DNA of 64,000 nucleotides from Deltaproteobacteria bacterium (GCA_034670305.1 JAXMNT010000022.1:57545-121544), one strand, 5' to 3'. Positions 33,019 through 43,054 are shown, numbered from the stretch's first letter. Program-made: numbers and translations. Notes: generated by a model from the letters alone, not told the origin.

Positions 33019-35100
33019 TTGCCCGGCGGGCGAAAGACACTCGACCTCTTGGCAGAAGAGCGCGAGCAGAAGCGACGGCGCAAGAAGGACCAGCCGTCCT
33101 TCGTCGGCACCACGCTGCAGGGCCGGTACCACCTCGTGCGAAAGCTGGGGGACGGCGGCATGGGGTCCGTCTACAAGGCGGCCGATCAGGTGCTCCGCCG
33201 GTTCGTGGCGATCAAGCTGCTGCATCCGACGACCGCCGAGAACGCCTCTTCGGTCGAACGCTTCGTCCGGGAGGCCCGGAGTGCCGCCGCCATCGGCCAC
33301 CCGAACATCATCGACATCCTCGACTTCGGCTACGAACACAAGCGCCCGTTCCTCGTCATGGAGTACCTCCGCGGCCGCTCCCTCTCGGAGGTGATCGCGG
33401 AAGAGGGGCGTCTGTCGATCGAACGGGCCTGCAAGATCGCCACCCACGCCCTCGCGGGACTCGCCGCCGCGCACGACCGCGGCATCCTGCACCGGGACCT
33501 GAAACCGGCGAACCTGATGTTGATCGCGCTGCTCGGCGATTCGGACTTCGTGAAGCTGTGCGACTTCGGGTTTGCGGCGCTCGTCACGCCGACCAAACGC
33601 ATCGACGGCGGCAAGAACCTCACACCGGCCCGCACCTTGGTCGGCACGCCCGCCTACTGCGCGCCAGAGCGGCTGCGGGGCGACGACCGGCGCGACCCCC
33701 GGCTCGATGTGTACTCGGTCGGCATCGTGCTCTACGAGATGCTCGCGGGTCGTCGGCCTTTCGACGCGCCGACCTTCCGGCAACTCGCGCGCATGATCAA
33801 GAGCGACCCGCCGGCGCGGCTGCGGACCATCCGCCGGGATGTGCCCCGCGCGCTCGAGAAGGTGATCGAGAAGGCGCTCGCGAAAGAGCGGGACAAACGT
33901 TGGGCCACGAGCGCGGACTTCGCTGCGGCCCTCGTCCCGTTCGGTGGACGCGTGGTGCCCAAAGAAGACTTCGCCAGCGACTCGTTCACGATGGACCTGC
34001 TCCGGATCCGGGCGCGGGAGACCCAGCAGCAACGCGTCGTGACGCCGTCGGAGGCGGAGCAGATCCTGGAGCTGCGGGCGAAGGCGCGCCGTGAACGGGA
34101 AGCGGAGCGCAAACGACGCGCGGCGGCGGAGTCGAGTGCGGTCCCCGCGACGGGATCCGACGGCTCGAGTGCGGCGGAGAGTCTGCAGAGCAGCGATCTC
34201 GAAGAACCGACGCCACTCGGCGCGGGCGCCCACATGCCGCTGCTTCCCGACGCCACCGAACGTCAGCTGCCGTTCAGTACGCCGTTCCAAGCGCCGGCCG
34301 TGCCGCCGGTCGCGTCCTCGCTCGTGCCGGCTTCGAAACGTGACCGGCCGTTCGACGCCCGCACCACCGAGGCCGACGCGACCGAGGCCGGCTTGCCCCC
34401 GGTGCCGGTGCTGGACCCGCCGAGCGCACCGGTGGATCCGCCACGCCGTGCGCGGCCGGTGGAGCGCGAACGCGCCATCGAGGACGCGGCGAGCCACTCG
34501 TTTCCCGACCTCGCCGCCGGCGACGACACCGTCATCGACGACCGCTCGTACGCGGGGTCGCTCGGCCTGTCGATCCTCCGGTTCGTCTCGCGGCGGTACG
34601 GCGAACGGGCGTTGACCGAGATGCTCGAGACCCTCCCGGATGTGGCGCGCCACGTCTTCGAACGCGGCATCGGCGACGACGACTGGATCCCGTTCCCCGC
34701 GGTGGATGCGCTCATGCAGACCGTGGATGCGCAGATGGGTCGCGACGATCTGCATCTGGTGGTGCAGTGCGGCCGCGCCGCCTCCGAAGGCGCGTTCGAG
34801 ACGATGCGCAAAGTGCGGCCGCCCGCGCCGCCGCCCGAACTGCTCATCGCCGAGATGCCGACGGTGCTCGCGAAACTCGTGCGCGGCGTGGACGTGCACG
34901 TCGGCCGGATGGGCCGCGGCTACGCGCGCCTGGAGCTCGACGAGTCGGGCGAGAGCAGCCTCACCTTCGGCGTCTTCTTGATCGGGTTTCTCGACCGCAG
35001 CCTCGACCGTTTCGGCGCGTCCGAAGTGGAGGTCAGCCTGATCTCCAGCCCCGCCCTAGGCGACAGCAACTGCGTGTACGAGATCAGCTGGATCGCCTAG
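33019..35100 (+). CDS. Ser/Thr protein kinase with C-terminal putative ligand-binding domain
   Basis: LGDGGMG, VAIK, HRDLKPAN, DFG and GTPAYCAPE; no TM segment; C-terminal ~180-aa domain ending GDSNCVYEISW. Confidence 0.92.
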   Translation: MPGGRKTLDLLAEEREQKRRRKKDQPSFVGTTLQGRYHLVRKLGDGGMGSVYKAADQVLRRFVAIKLLHPTTAENASSVERFVREARSAAAIGHPNIIDILDFGYEHKRPFLVMEYLRGRSLSEVIAEEGRLSIERACKIATHALAGLAAAHDRGILHRDLKPANLMLIALLGDSDFVKLCDFGFAALVTPTKRIDGGKNLTPARTLVGTPAYCAPERLRGDDRRDPRLDVYSVGIVLYEMLAGRRPFDAPTFRQLARMIKSDPPARLRTIRRDVPRALEKVIEKALAKERDKRWATSADFAAALVPFGGRVVPKEDFASDSFTMDLLRIRARETQQQRVVTPSEAEQILELRAKARREREAERKRRAAAESSAVPATGSDGSSAAESLQSSDLEEPTPLGAGAHMPLLPDATERQLPFSTPFQAPAVPPVASSLVPASKRDRPFDARTTEADATEAGLPPVPVLDPPSAPVDPPRRARPVERERAIEDAASHSFPDLAAGDDTVIDDRSYAGSLGLSILRFVSRRYGERALTEMLETLPDVARHVFERGIGDDDWIPFPAVDALMQTVDAQMGRDDLHLVVQCGRAASEGAFETMRKVRPPAPPPELLIAEMPTVLAKLVRGVDVHVGRMGRGYARLELDESGESSLTFGVFLIGFLDRSLDRFGASEVEVSLISSPALGDSNCVYEISWIA

Positions 35101-35174
35101 CCGGGCGCGAAAGCGCCCGGCTACCCTTGCCCGTGCCCTTGCCTTTGCCCGTGCCCTCCCGTGCCCTGCCCCTG
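35097..35174. repeat. Perfect hairpin plus solo (CCCTTG/CCCGTG)n arm between convergent genes
   Basis: TAGCCGGGCGC-GAAA-GCGCCCGGCTA at 35098-35123, then an arm matching the element arm at 45913-45945 at 31/33 positions. Confidence 0.8.
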
Positions 35175-35187
35175 TTCGTGCTCGAAC

Positions 35188-37197
35188 TCAGCCCTTCTCG
35201 AGCACCAAGAAGGCGTCCCAGTCGATGACCTTCGCGCCCTTCTTCACGGCGGCGTCCATCTTCGTCTTGCCGACCTTCGCGCCCGCGAGCAGGTAGGTCG
35301 TGCCCTTCTTGACGCTCTTGTGCACTTCGCCGCCTGCGGCTTCGATGCGCACCCAGATGGCCTCCCGTTTGTCGTCGAACGCGCCGGTCACGCAGAAGGA
35401 CGAACCGGTGAGGGTGCCGGCCACCGCCTTCTTCTTGGCGGGCTGTTTCGCCACGACGCCGAGCGCCAGCATCTTCTCCAGCATCGCGCGCTGGCTCTTG
35501 TTGCCGAAGAAGTCCGCCACGCTCGCGGCCATCTTGTCGCCGATGCCGTGAATGGCGGCCAGCTCTGTCTGCATCGCGTCCGAGTCCTCCGCCGCTTCGA
35601 GCAGCTTCTCGAGCGTCTTGTACTTCTCTGCGAAGACCTTCGCCGCCACCGTGCCGACGAGCGGAATGCCCAGCGAAGTGATGAGGCGCGCGAACGTGCG
35701 GCCCTTGCGTGCGTCTTCGATGGACTTGAGCACGTTGTCGACGCTCTTCTTGCCCATGCGGTCGAGCGCGAGCAGTTCCTTCTTCTTGTCGTGCAGCCCG
35801 AACACGTCGGCCAGGTCGGTGACGAGCTTCGCGTCGACGAGTTGTTCGACCAGGCTCTTGCCCATGTGGTCGATGTCCATGCACGCGCGCCGGGTCATGT
35901 ACCAGACGCCGGCCTTCAGGCGCCCCGGACACGACGCGCTCACGCAACGCAGCGCCGCTTGGCCATCCTCCCGAACGACCGGCTCGTTGCAGGCCGGGCA
36001 CTTCGAGGGCGGCTTCCACTTCTTGGAACCCTTCGGGCGCAGGTCCGTGTTCACCCGCAGCACCTGCGGAATGATCTCGCCGGCTTTCTGCATGACGACC
36101 GTGTCGCCCACCCGGATGTCCTTGGACGCCACCTGGTCGAGGTTGTGGAGCGACGCACGTTCGACGACCGTGCCGCTGAGCGGGATCGGGTCGACTTCGG
36201 CGACGGGCGTCAGCGCGCCGGTGCGGCCGACGTCACAGGTGATCGAGCGCACGACGGTCTCGCCGGTCTCGGCCGCATACTTCCAGGCGGTGGCCCAGCG
36301 CGGGAAACGCGCGGTGAACCCGAGCGTGGCGCGCAGGTCCATCTCGTCGACCTTGAGCACGATGCCGTCGGTCTCGTACGGCAGGGTCTTGCGGATCTTG
36401 TCGAACTTCTCGATGTATTTGAGGACCGCGTCCTTGTCCTTGCAGATCTTCTCGAGCCGGTGGGTCGGCAGACCGATCTTGGCGAGGTGGCTGAGCATCT
36501 CGGTCTGCTTGTCGAAGTACTCCTCGACCAGATCGTAGAAGTAGACCCGGAGCGGTCGCTCGGCGGTGATGCGCGGATCCATCAAACGAAGCGATCCGGA
36601 CGCAGCGTTGCGCGGGTTGGCGAACTCGGGTTCGCCGTCCGCGCGGCGCTGGTCGTTCACGGCATCCAGGTCGGCGCCGTAGATGAAGATTTCGCCCCGC
36701 ACGGTGAGGGTCCGGGTCTCGTCGATGTGCAGCGGCATCGCTCGGATGGTGCGCACGTTGGTGGTGACGTCCTCTCCGGTCTCTCCGTCGCCGCGGGTCG
36801 TCGCGAGCACCATCACGCCGTTCTCGTAGGTGACCTCGATGCTGGCGCCGTCGATCTTCGGTTCCGCCACGTATCGGTACTTCGTCCCCTTCGGGAGCGC
36901 GTCGCGGATGCGCCGGTCGAACTCGGCGACTTCGTCGTCGGTGTACGCGTTGTCGAGCGAGTACATCTTCTTGGCCCGGGTGACCTTCTTGAACCCGGAC
37001 TTCGGAACGGCCCCGATGCGCTGGGTGGGCGAGCTGTCGCTCACCAGCTCCGGGTGCTCCGCCTCGAGCTTGCGCAGCTCTTGAAAGAGCCCGTCGTACT
37101 CGATGTCGCTGACCGAAGGGGCGTCGAGCACGTAGTACGCGTAGTTGTGTTTCGCGATTTGTTTGCAGAGTTTCGCGTGTCGGCTTGCCGGTGTCAT
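35188..37197 (-). CDS. ligA: NAD-dependent DNA ligase
   Basis: SDIEYD, MYSLDN, EPKIDG, TRGDG, NPRNAASG, DGIVLK, VGRTG, Zn finger, HhH and BRCT. Confidence 0.97.
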   Translation of the reverse strand: MTPASRHAKLCKQIAKHNYAYYVLDAPSVSDIEYDGLFQELRKLEAEHPELVSDSSPTQRIGAVPKSGFKKVTRAKKMYSLDNAYTDDEVAEFDRRIRDALPKGTKYRYVAEPKIDGASIEVTYENGVMVLATTRGDGETGEDVTTNVRTIRAMPLHIDETRTLTVRGEIFIYGADLDAVNDQRRADGEPEFANPRNAASGSLRLMDPRITAERPLRVYFYDLVEEYFDKQTEMLSHLAKIGLPTHRLEKICKDKDAVLKYIEKFDKIRKTLPYETDGIVLKVDEMDLRATLGFTARFPRWATAWKYAAETGETVVRSITCDVGRTGALTPVAEVDPIPLSGTVVERASLHNLDQVASKDIRVGDTVVMQKAGEIIPQVLRVNTDLRPKGSKKWKPPSKCPACNEPVVREDGQAALRCVSASCPGRLKAGVWYMTRRACMDIDHMGKSLVEQLVDAKLVTDLADVFGLHDKKKELLALDRMGKKSVDNVLKSIEDARKGRTFARLITSLGIPLVGTVAAKVFAEKYKTLEKLLEAAEDSDAMQTELAAIHGIGDKMAASVADFFGNKSQRAMLEKMLALGVVAKQPAKKKAVAGTLTGSSFCVTGAFDDKREAIWVRIEAAGGEVHKSVKKGTTYLLAGAKVGKTKMDAAVKKGAKVIDWDAFLVLEKG

Positions 37198-37386
37198 ACT
37201 CGTCCTCTTTTGCTCGGATGCGATGTGCGGTTGGCTCGCCTGGCCCGCCGGGGCGCGGATGATAAGATCGGGCCCCTCGCGACCACAACGGGAGAGCGCA
37301 GATCCACGTGATCGTTGCCGTTTCTCCTACGTCACCATGTCTCAATCCTCCCCGCCCACGCCCCAGTCGGTCCAAGCCCGTCGTTG

Positions 37387-39891
37387 ATGCGCAACTCCCG
37401 CATACTTCCGCTGCTGGGTCCGGCGGGCGCGTTGTACCTGATCGCGGAGGCCGCATCGCTCTCCGGTGGGCTCGATTGGGCCGGCTGGGTGCTCGCGTCG
37501 TTGGCGGTCGGACTGACCCTCGCGCCCCTCTGGTTGCGCCGCCGCTTGGCGGACGAGGTGCCCGGCGCGCGACGGGTGGCGACGCTCGGGGTCGCGAGCG
37601 GGATCGCCTTCGCGTCCCTGGTGCAACCGGAGGGACTCTCGTTGTTGCGCGACCTCGTGCTCGCCATCGCGATGCCGCTCTCGAGCGCGGTGCTCTTCGA
37701 CCTCGCCACGCGGGTGCCGGATTCGGTCGTCGCGCGGCTCCGAACGTTGGTCTTCGTGTCGGCGGCCTGTGTGGCCGCGCTCGGGGCATTGGCCGCGCTC
37801 CCTGCCTTTGAACTCTTCGGGGACCTCAGGCTCGTGCCGGCGCGGGTCGCGAACGTGCCCGCCTGGTTTGCACTGGCCTGCGTTGCGGGTGCATTCGTGC
37901 TGCGGCTCGGGCGACGACGTGCGGGCAGTGCGCCGGCGGCCTTGGCGGCGAACGCGTGGGCGGAGCTCGGACTCGCGCCCGGGCTGATCGCGGGGGTGGC
38001 GCTCGCCGTGCTCTCGCAGCGCGGGGTCGACGTGCGCTCCGACTGGGCGATGCAGACCCTCGGCGTCTGCGCCGCGATCGGCATGTACGGGCACACGGCG
38101 CTCGTCGATCCCAAACGACGCCTGCGCGCGGCGGCCGCAGTCCGGGCGTACATCTCGCACTCGCTCACCCTCGCCACACTGGGTGGGCTGGCGTGGTTCT
38201 TCTGGTCGTCGGTTCCAGCGCATCCCGTCGCGATCGCGCTGGTGGTGGCGGGGACCTGGATCGTGGGCCTGGTCGTGTGGCGAACCTCGACGCGGTTGGT
38301 CCGGCAGCTCCTCGCGCCGTTCGGTGGCCGTTTGCTCGATGCCGTCGACACGGCGCGCCAAGCGAGTCGGCGTGCGGCCACCCTCGACGAACTCGCGGCG
38401 GCGGTGCTGCCCTCCTTGCGCGCGGCCTCAGGATCGGACGCGACCCCCCTCCTGTGGACGTTCGAGCCGAGCCGCGAAATGCGCGTCGATGTCGCGGGCG
38501 TGCCGCTGCAGACCGACGCCCAGGTGCCATTGGCTGTCCGGGAGCACCTGCCTTCGCCGGGCACGGTGATCGTGGCGGCGGACGTCATCGCGCAGGTGGT
38601 TCGTCGGCCCGAGTGGCGCGTGCTCGCAGAAGTGCTGGAGTCGCGCGAGGCGCTGTGCCTCATCGCCCTCGGCGTGCACGGCGAGATCGAAGGCGCACTG
38701 CTCGTCCCGCGCGGACGCCGCCGAGCGCGGCTCACGCTCGAAGAGATGGAAGCGCTTCGCACGCTCGGATTCGAGGTCGGCGCGCAGGTGGCGCTCATTG
38801 CCGCCAGCGAACGGGCGGGCCGCCGCGCTCGGTCGACCGGTCGCGAGGTCGAGTCGCTTCAAGACCGCATGGACGACGCGACCGAAGAAGCGCGCCGGCT
38901 CCGGGCAGAGGCCAACGCGCTCCGAGCGGGGCGCGGGGCCGGCCGTCGGGTGATGCCGCTCATCGCATACAGCGCGAGCATGCGCGCGCTCGAAACGCGG
39001 CTCGCGGCGGTCGCCACGATGAACGCGTCGGTCGCGATCGTCGCCGAGGGCGGCATCCCGATCGATCACGTCGCGCGCCGCCTGCACCAAGCGAGCCCAC
39101 GCAAGGACAAGCCGTTCGTCGTGGCGGACTGCGGCGGTGTGGACGGAGACACCGCCGATGCGGCGCTCTTCGGAGACGCCGAGCAGCCCGGATGGCTGGC
39201 ACTCGCCGAGGGCGGCACACTTCTTCTGGCCGACGTCGTCGCTTTGCCGCCGGCGGCCCAGGCCGCATTGGCCGACGCGCTCGCCTCGCAGCAGGCGCGC
39301 ACCGTCGAGGGCGTGACGTACGGGGTCGATGTGCGGATCGTCGCGACCAGTCGACTGCCGCTCGATTCACTTCAGGACGTGCAGGCGCTCGACGCGGAGT
39401 TGGCGCAGTGGCTCGGCGCGATCGAGGTGCGTGTGCCGGCGCTTCGAGAGCGCCGCGAAGACATTCCTTCGCTCGCACTGCTCGCGCTCGACCGCGCGTG
39501 TCGGGTGCTCGGACGCGGTCCGATCGGCATCGAACAATCGGCGCTGGATGTGCTGCTCGGCTACAGCTGGCCCGGCAACCTCCGCGAACTGCAGCACGTG
39601 ATCGACCACGCGGTCGCCAACGCACAGGGCGAGCAAGTGCGGCGGGCCGATCTGCCGAGTCTGCTGGCGGCCGGCCGCGTACCCGAAAAGCCGCCCGCCG
39701 TGTCGCTCGACGGCACGTACGCCGAGCTCGAGAAGCGCATCCTCGTGCAAGCGCTCGAGCGCGCGGATGGCAACAAGAGCGAAGCAGCGCGTCTGCTCGG
39801 CCTCAAACGCACGACCTTCCTCGACAAGTGTCGACGCCACGAGCTGCGATCGCCCGAGTCGATGAAGCCGCCCGCGACCGAAACGGTCTGA
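37387..39891 (+). CDS. Multi-pass membrane protein with GAF-like domain, degenerate sigma54-activator AAA+ domain and Fis HTH
   Basis: About 9 TM segments; [24 protein letters not shown] and GNKSEAARLLG; Walker A, Walker B and GAFTGA are degenerate or absent. Confidence 0.8.
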   Translation: MRNSRILPLLGPAGALYLIAEAASLSGGLDWAGWVLASLAVGLTLAPLWLRRRLADEVPGARRVATLGVASGIAFASLVQPEGLSLLRDLVLAIAMPLSSAVLFDLATRVPDSVVARLRTLVFVSAACVAALGALAALPAFELFGDLRLVPARVANVPAWFALACVAGAFVLRLGRRRAGSAPAALAANAWAELGLAPGLIAGVALAVLSQRGVDVRSDWAMQTLGVCAAIGMYGHTALVDPKRRLRAAAAVRAYISHSLTLATLGGLAWFFWSSVPAHPVAIALVVAGTWIVGLVVWRTSTRLVRQLLAPFGGRLLDAVDTARQASRRAATLDELAAAVLPSLRAASGSDATPLLWTFEPSREMRVDVAGVPLQTDAQVPLAVREHLPSPGTVIVAADVIAQVVRRPEWRVLAEVLESREALCLIALGVHGEIEGALLVPRGRRRARLTLEEMEALRTLGFEVGAQVALIAASERAGRRARSTGREVESLQDRMDDATEEARRLRAEANALRAGRGAGRRVMPLIAYSASMRALETRLAAVATMNASVAIVAEGGIPIDHVARRLHQASPRKDKPFVVADCGGVDGDTADAALFGDAEQPGWLALAEGGTLLLADVVALPPAAQAALADALASQQARTVEGVTYGVDVRIVATSRLPLDSLQDVQALDAELAQWLGAIEVRVPALRERREDIPSLALLALDRACRVLGRGPIGIEQSALDVLLGYSWPGNLRELQHVIDHAVANAQGEQVRRADLPSLLAAGRVPEKPPAVSLDGTYAELEKRILVQALERADGNKSEAARLLGLKRTTFLDKCRRHELRSPESMKPPATETV

Positions 39892-39941
39892 GCGGCGCGG
39901 TGGGGAATACGCAGCTGGGGGCCGGCGCGTTGCGTTCAGCG

Positions 39942-40937
39942 ATGAAGCGCATCTGGGTCGTACTCGCGGTGTTGGCGGGGTGTGGTGGGCCGCCTGAGGG
40001 AGCGGAGGCGGAGCTTCGATCCGATCCCGCTCTCGGATCGGGATCGGAGCGCGCTGCGCGGGTCCACGAGGTGGAACCCGAGGTCGAAGCGCAGGTCGAA
40101 GGGCGCGCCGAGATCGAAGCGCCTGCGCCCGACCCACGCGCCACTCCGCTTCCCCCGGTGCCCGCGCTCGCGCCCTATGTGTTCGAGGACGGAGCGGTGC
40201 TGACGGTCGACCATTGGGACGAGCGCACGTTCGTCGTGCTCGATGTGATCGACGAGACCGAGCGCACGCATCCAGACGACGAAGCGTGGGACTTCGACGA
40301 ACGCCTGGTCGAGGCGTCCACCCGCGTGGTGCCGAGTACGTTCCGATTGGCCGGTCCAGCGGGGGCCTGCGAGGGCGCCCGCGGGCGGGCTGTGGTGATC
40401 ACCACGCACTCGGTCCCGTACGATGCGGACGACGGAGTGCGCGCAACCACCCACCGCTTCTCGGCCGTCGAGGTGGACGCACCTTGCGAGGGGTTCTTCG
40501 CTGTCGGTCCTGCGCACGTCGGCCGTTTCGCGTGGCTCGAACCGCAGATGGAGCGCGCGTTCACACCTGGCCGCAGCGATGAATCCGGCGCGCAGATCCT
40601 CGCGCCCATCGGCGCGCGCGGCACCTTCGGACGCGGTCATCGGTTCGAGGACCACCCGGTATGCGACGGGACCGGCACCTCTACGATGGAAGTTCGTCAT
40701 CCCCGGGGTCGAACCCGTTTCGAATGGGGTGGGCAGCTCGCCGGTCGCTTCGGCCTCCTCCGCATCGGTGCCCACACGTACTTCATGGCGCTCGGGTACT
40801 TCGGATGGAACGCGTACCCCGTGCCTGCCTCGGACGACCCCAGCCCCTCCTTGGAGCGGCTCCCGCGGCGCACCTCCTTGGATGTCGATCACGTGGAGAT
40901 GGAGGTCTGGGTCTGCCTGCCGTTCGGCATGTACTGA
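39942..40937 (+). CDS. Hypothetical lipoprotein
   Basis: MKRIWVVLAVLAG-C lipobox. Confidence 0.7.
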   Translation: MKRIWVVLAVLAGCGGPPEGAEAELRSDPALGSGSERAARVHEVEPEVEAQVEGRAEIEAPAPDPRATPLPPVPALAPYVFEDGAVLTVDHWDERTFVVLDVIDETERTHPDDEAWDFDERLVEASTRVVPSTFRLAGPAGACEGARGRAVVITTHSVPYDADDGVRATTHRFSAVEVDAPCEGFFAVGPAHVGRFAWLEPQMERAFTPGRSDESGAQILAPIGARGTFGRGHRFEDHPVCDGTGTSTMEVRHPRGRTRFEWGGQLAGRFGLLRIGAHTYFMALGYFGWNAYPVPASDDPSPSLERLPRRTSLDVDHVEMEVWVCLPFGMY

Positions 40938-41089
40938 ACCCGCCGCCGAAGACTCGACAGCGCGCAGCGCTGAACGCCCCTCGAGTTGCCACTGCTGAGC
41001 CTGGTCGCCGTCACGCAGAAGCTCGTGCGCTTCCAGGGTTGCGCCGGGGGTCGTGCCCGAGCGTCTCGGCGATGCGGTAGGATCTTCCG

Positions 41090-41424
41090 ATGAATCCTCA
41101 CACACCCGAGAACTGGGGTGCGGCGAGCCGCGAGTATGCGGAACTCGCCCCCCGCATGATGCAGCCGTTCGCGACGGAGCTCCTGGCCCGCCTTGAGGTC
41201 GCCGCCGACATGGAGGCGGTCGAGGTGGCGGCGGGCACCGGCGCGCTCACCCTGGAACTCGCGCGGCGTCGGGCGCGCCGCCAGTGAAGATCTTCTTCGA
41301 CCGCATCGGCGACGAGGGCATCGCCCGGCTGCGGGACGCGCTCGCGAAGATCGTCGCCGAGCGTTTTGGAGCGGGCACGATCACGCTGCGCAACACCGCC
41401 ACCATCGGGTACGGAACGGTCTAG
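41090..41424 (+). pseudogene. Class I SAM-dependent methyltransferase with internal deletion and frameshift
   Basis: N-terminus up to motif I (EVAAGTGALT), followed out of frame by a C-terminal-like segment GAPPVKIFFDRIG...TATIGYGTV* ending at TAG 41424. Confidence 0.75.
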
Positions 41425-41496
41425 CTCCGCGCGTCGCGTCCCATCTCACCTCTGAACGGGTCGGACCCCAGGACGAGGTTGCGGTTCAGCTCTCGC

Positions 41497-41952
41497 TCAG
41501 CGCGTGTGGCTGAGTTCGTACGCCAGCCTCTCGCCCTCCAGGATGCCCAGCACCTCCGATTCCAGCAGGAGGAAGAGTGCGTGGTTGGAGCCCCAGGGTT
41601 TGCCGATGTTTCGAAAGCTGAGCTCGAAGAGGTACGCGCCGCGGTCGCGGCGAATGGTCCCGCCCCACTGCTTGCGATCGAAGACCAGGTAAAGCCGCCG
41701 CTTCTCTTGTTCGACGGCCCGGCAGTCCGAGATCTCCTCGCGCGCCTGGGAGAGGCGTTCAACCATCTCCGCCCAAGGCAGGGCCGTCTCGAAGCGGAGT
41801 GCGTAGACCCACGCCAGGACCGGGGGGCCGTCGGGGAGCCACGGCTCGAGGTCCGCTTGGCTCAAAGAGGTGCCATGCATCGCAGGCGTGTCTGACGCGT
41901 TCCCCTCGACCATGGGGCCAGTGTCCTGGTTCAACACTCGCTCGTCCAGCAT
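41497..41952 (-). CDS. Hypothetical protein (start uncertain)
   Basis: Non-repetitive ORF of normal composition downstream of the CTTCTG tract. Confidence 0.5.
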   Translation of the reverse strand: MLDERVLNQDTGPMVEGNASDTPAMHGTSLSQADLEPWLPDGPPVLAWVYALRFETALPWAEMVERLSQAREEISDCRAVEQEKRRLYLVFDRKQWGGTIRRDRGAYLFELSFRNIGKPWGSNHALFLLLESEVLGILEGERLAYELSHTR

Positions 41953-41980
41953 CGAGGAGCCGAGTGAAGCAGAGGATGGC

Positions 41981-42052
41981 CTTCTGCTTCTGCTTCTGCT
42001 TCTGCTTCTGCTTCTGCTTCTGCTTCTGCTTCTGCTTCTGCTTCTGCTTCTG
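41981..42052. repeat. Perfect microsatellite (CTTCTG)12
   Basis: 72 bp, 12 exact copies, intergenic. Confidence 0.97.
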
Positions 42053-42055
42053 CGC

Positions 42056-42994
42056 TCACTGCGCCGCGTGGACTCCGCAGACGACCTGGAGCGATTCGCG
42101 TCCCGCTCGGAACGCCGCGACGGTCCGTCGGCCGAGCACGGGCGCGACGCTCGCCTCCAGCGCCTCGAGCGTCTCGCTCGCTTCGGGCGCGCTCGTCGGT
42201 CCTTGGCGCAGTAGGACGGAGGCACGTTCTACGAGGGGGGCCGCCTGGTCCATGGCGTCGTCGAGGTCGCTCGCGTCCTCGTCGTCTTCGGCTTCATCGG
42301 ACTCGTCCATCGCCTCACGCACCTGACGATTCAGCGAAGCCTCCTCGGACTCGGCGAACAACGCCGATTGCAGCCCCTCGGCGTCTGCGGCGGCCAACCG
42401 CATCGCGAGCCAGCACAGCCGCTCGTCGACGACGCCGCTGCCCACAGAAGCGGCGAGCGCTTCGTAGGCTCGGTTCACCGCGGCGACCCCCAGCGCTTCG
42501 GAGTCGAGGTCCGCCTTCGCGGCATCGGCCGCTTCGCGGAGCGCACTGGTCAACGTCGTCCACGGCGCCTCTGCCCACGCGCTGGCACGCTCCGCGATCG
42601 CCTCGATCGACTCGACCACCAACTCGGGTTCCGGGAGCGCCGGCTCCGGACCTGGATCCGGGAGCGCGAGTCCGCACGCACCCTCGCAGTCCTCGTCGTC
42701 TCCGTAGCCTCGCTGGTCGCTCTCCCGTGCGGTCCACCGATCGTGTTCGTCGATCGTGTCGAGGCAGAAGAGCAACTCGTCGACCGAGTCGAGCAACGAC
42801 GCGAGGACCGGGTCGCTGGGCCCGGCAAGCGCGACCTCCGCCTCCGCGCCCTCGGAGGCTGCCTCCGCGCCCTCGGAGGCAGGCGCCTCGGGGGCAACCG
42901 TCCCCGCTGTCGTTCCCGCCGACGAGCAAGCGATGAGAGTCGCGCATGCGCACGACGCGAGCCAGGTGGCGTTCATGAGGAGAGCTTTTCGCAA
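42056..42994 (-). CDS. Hypothetical acidic alpha-helical lipoprotein
   Basis: Lipobox LIA-C; Ala/Glu-rich. Confidence 0.6.
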   Translation of the reverse strand: MRKALLMNATWLASCACATLIACSSAGTTAGTVAPEAPASEGAEAASEGAEAEVALAGPSDPVLASLLDSVDELLFCLDTIDEHDRWTARESDQRGYGDDEDCEGACGLALPDPGPEPALPEPELVVESIEAIAERASAWAEAPWTTLTSALREAADAAKADLDSEALGVAAVNRAYEALAASVGSGVVDERLCWLAMRLAAADAEGLQSALFAESEEASLNRQVREAMDESDEAEDDEDASDLDDAMDQAAPLVERASVLLRQGPTSAPEASETLEALEASVAPVLGRRTVAAFRAGRESLQVVCGVHAAQ

Positions 42995-43054
42995 TCCTCA
43001 CGAATGCTCCACTCGCATTTCCTCCTGCGTCCCGCCGGCACCGATGCGGCGGGC

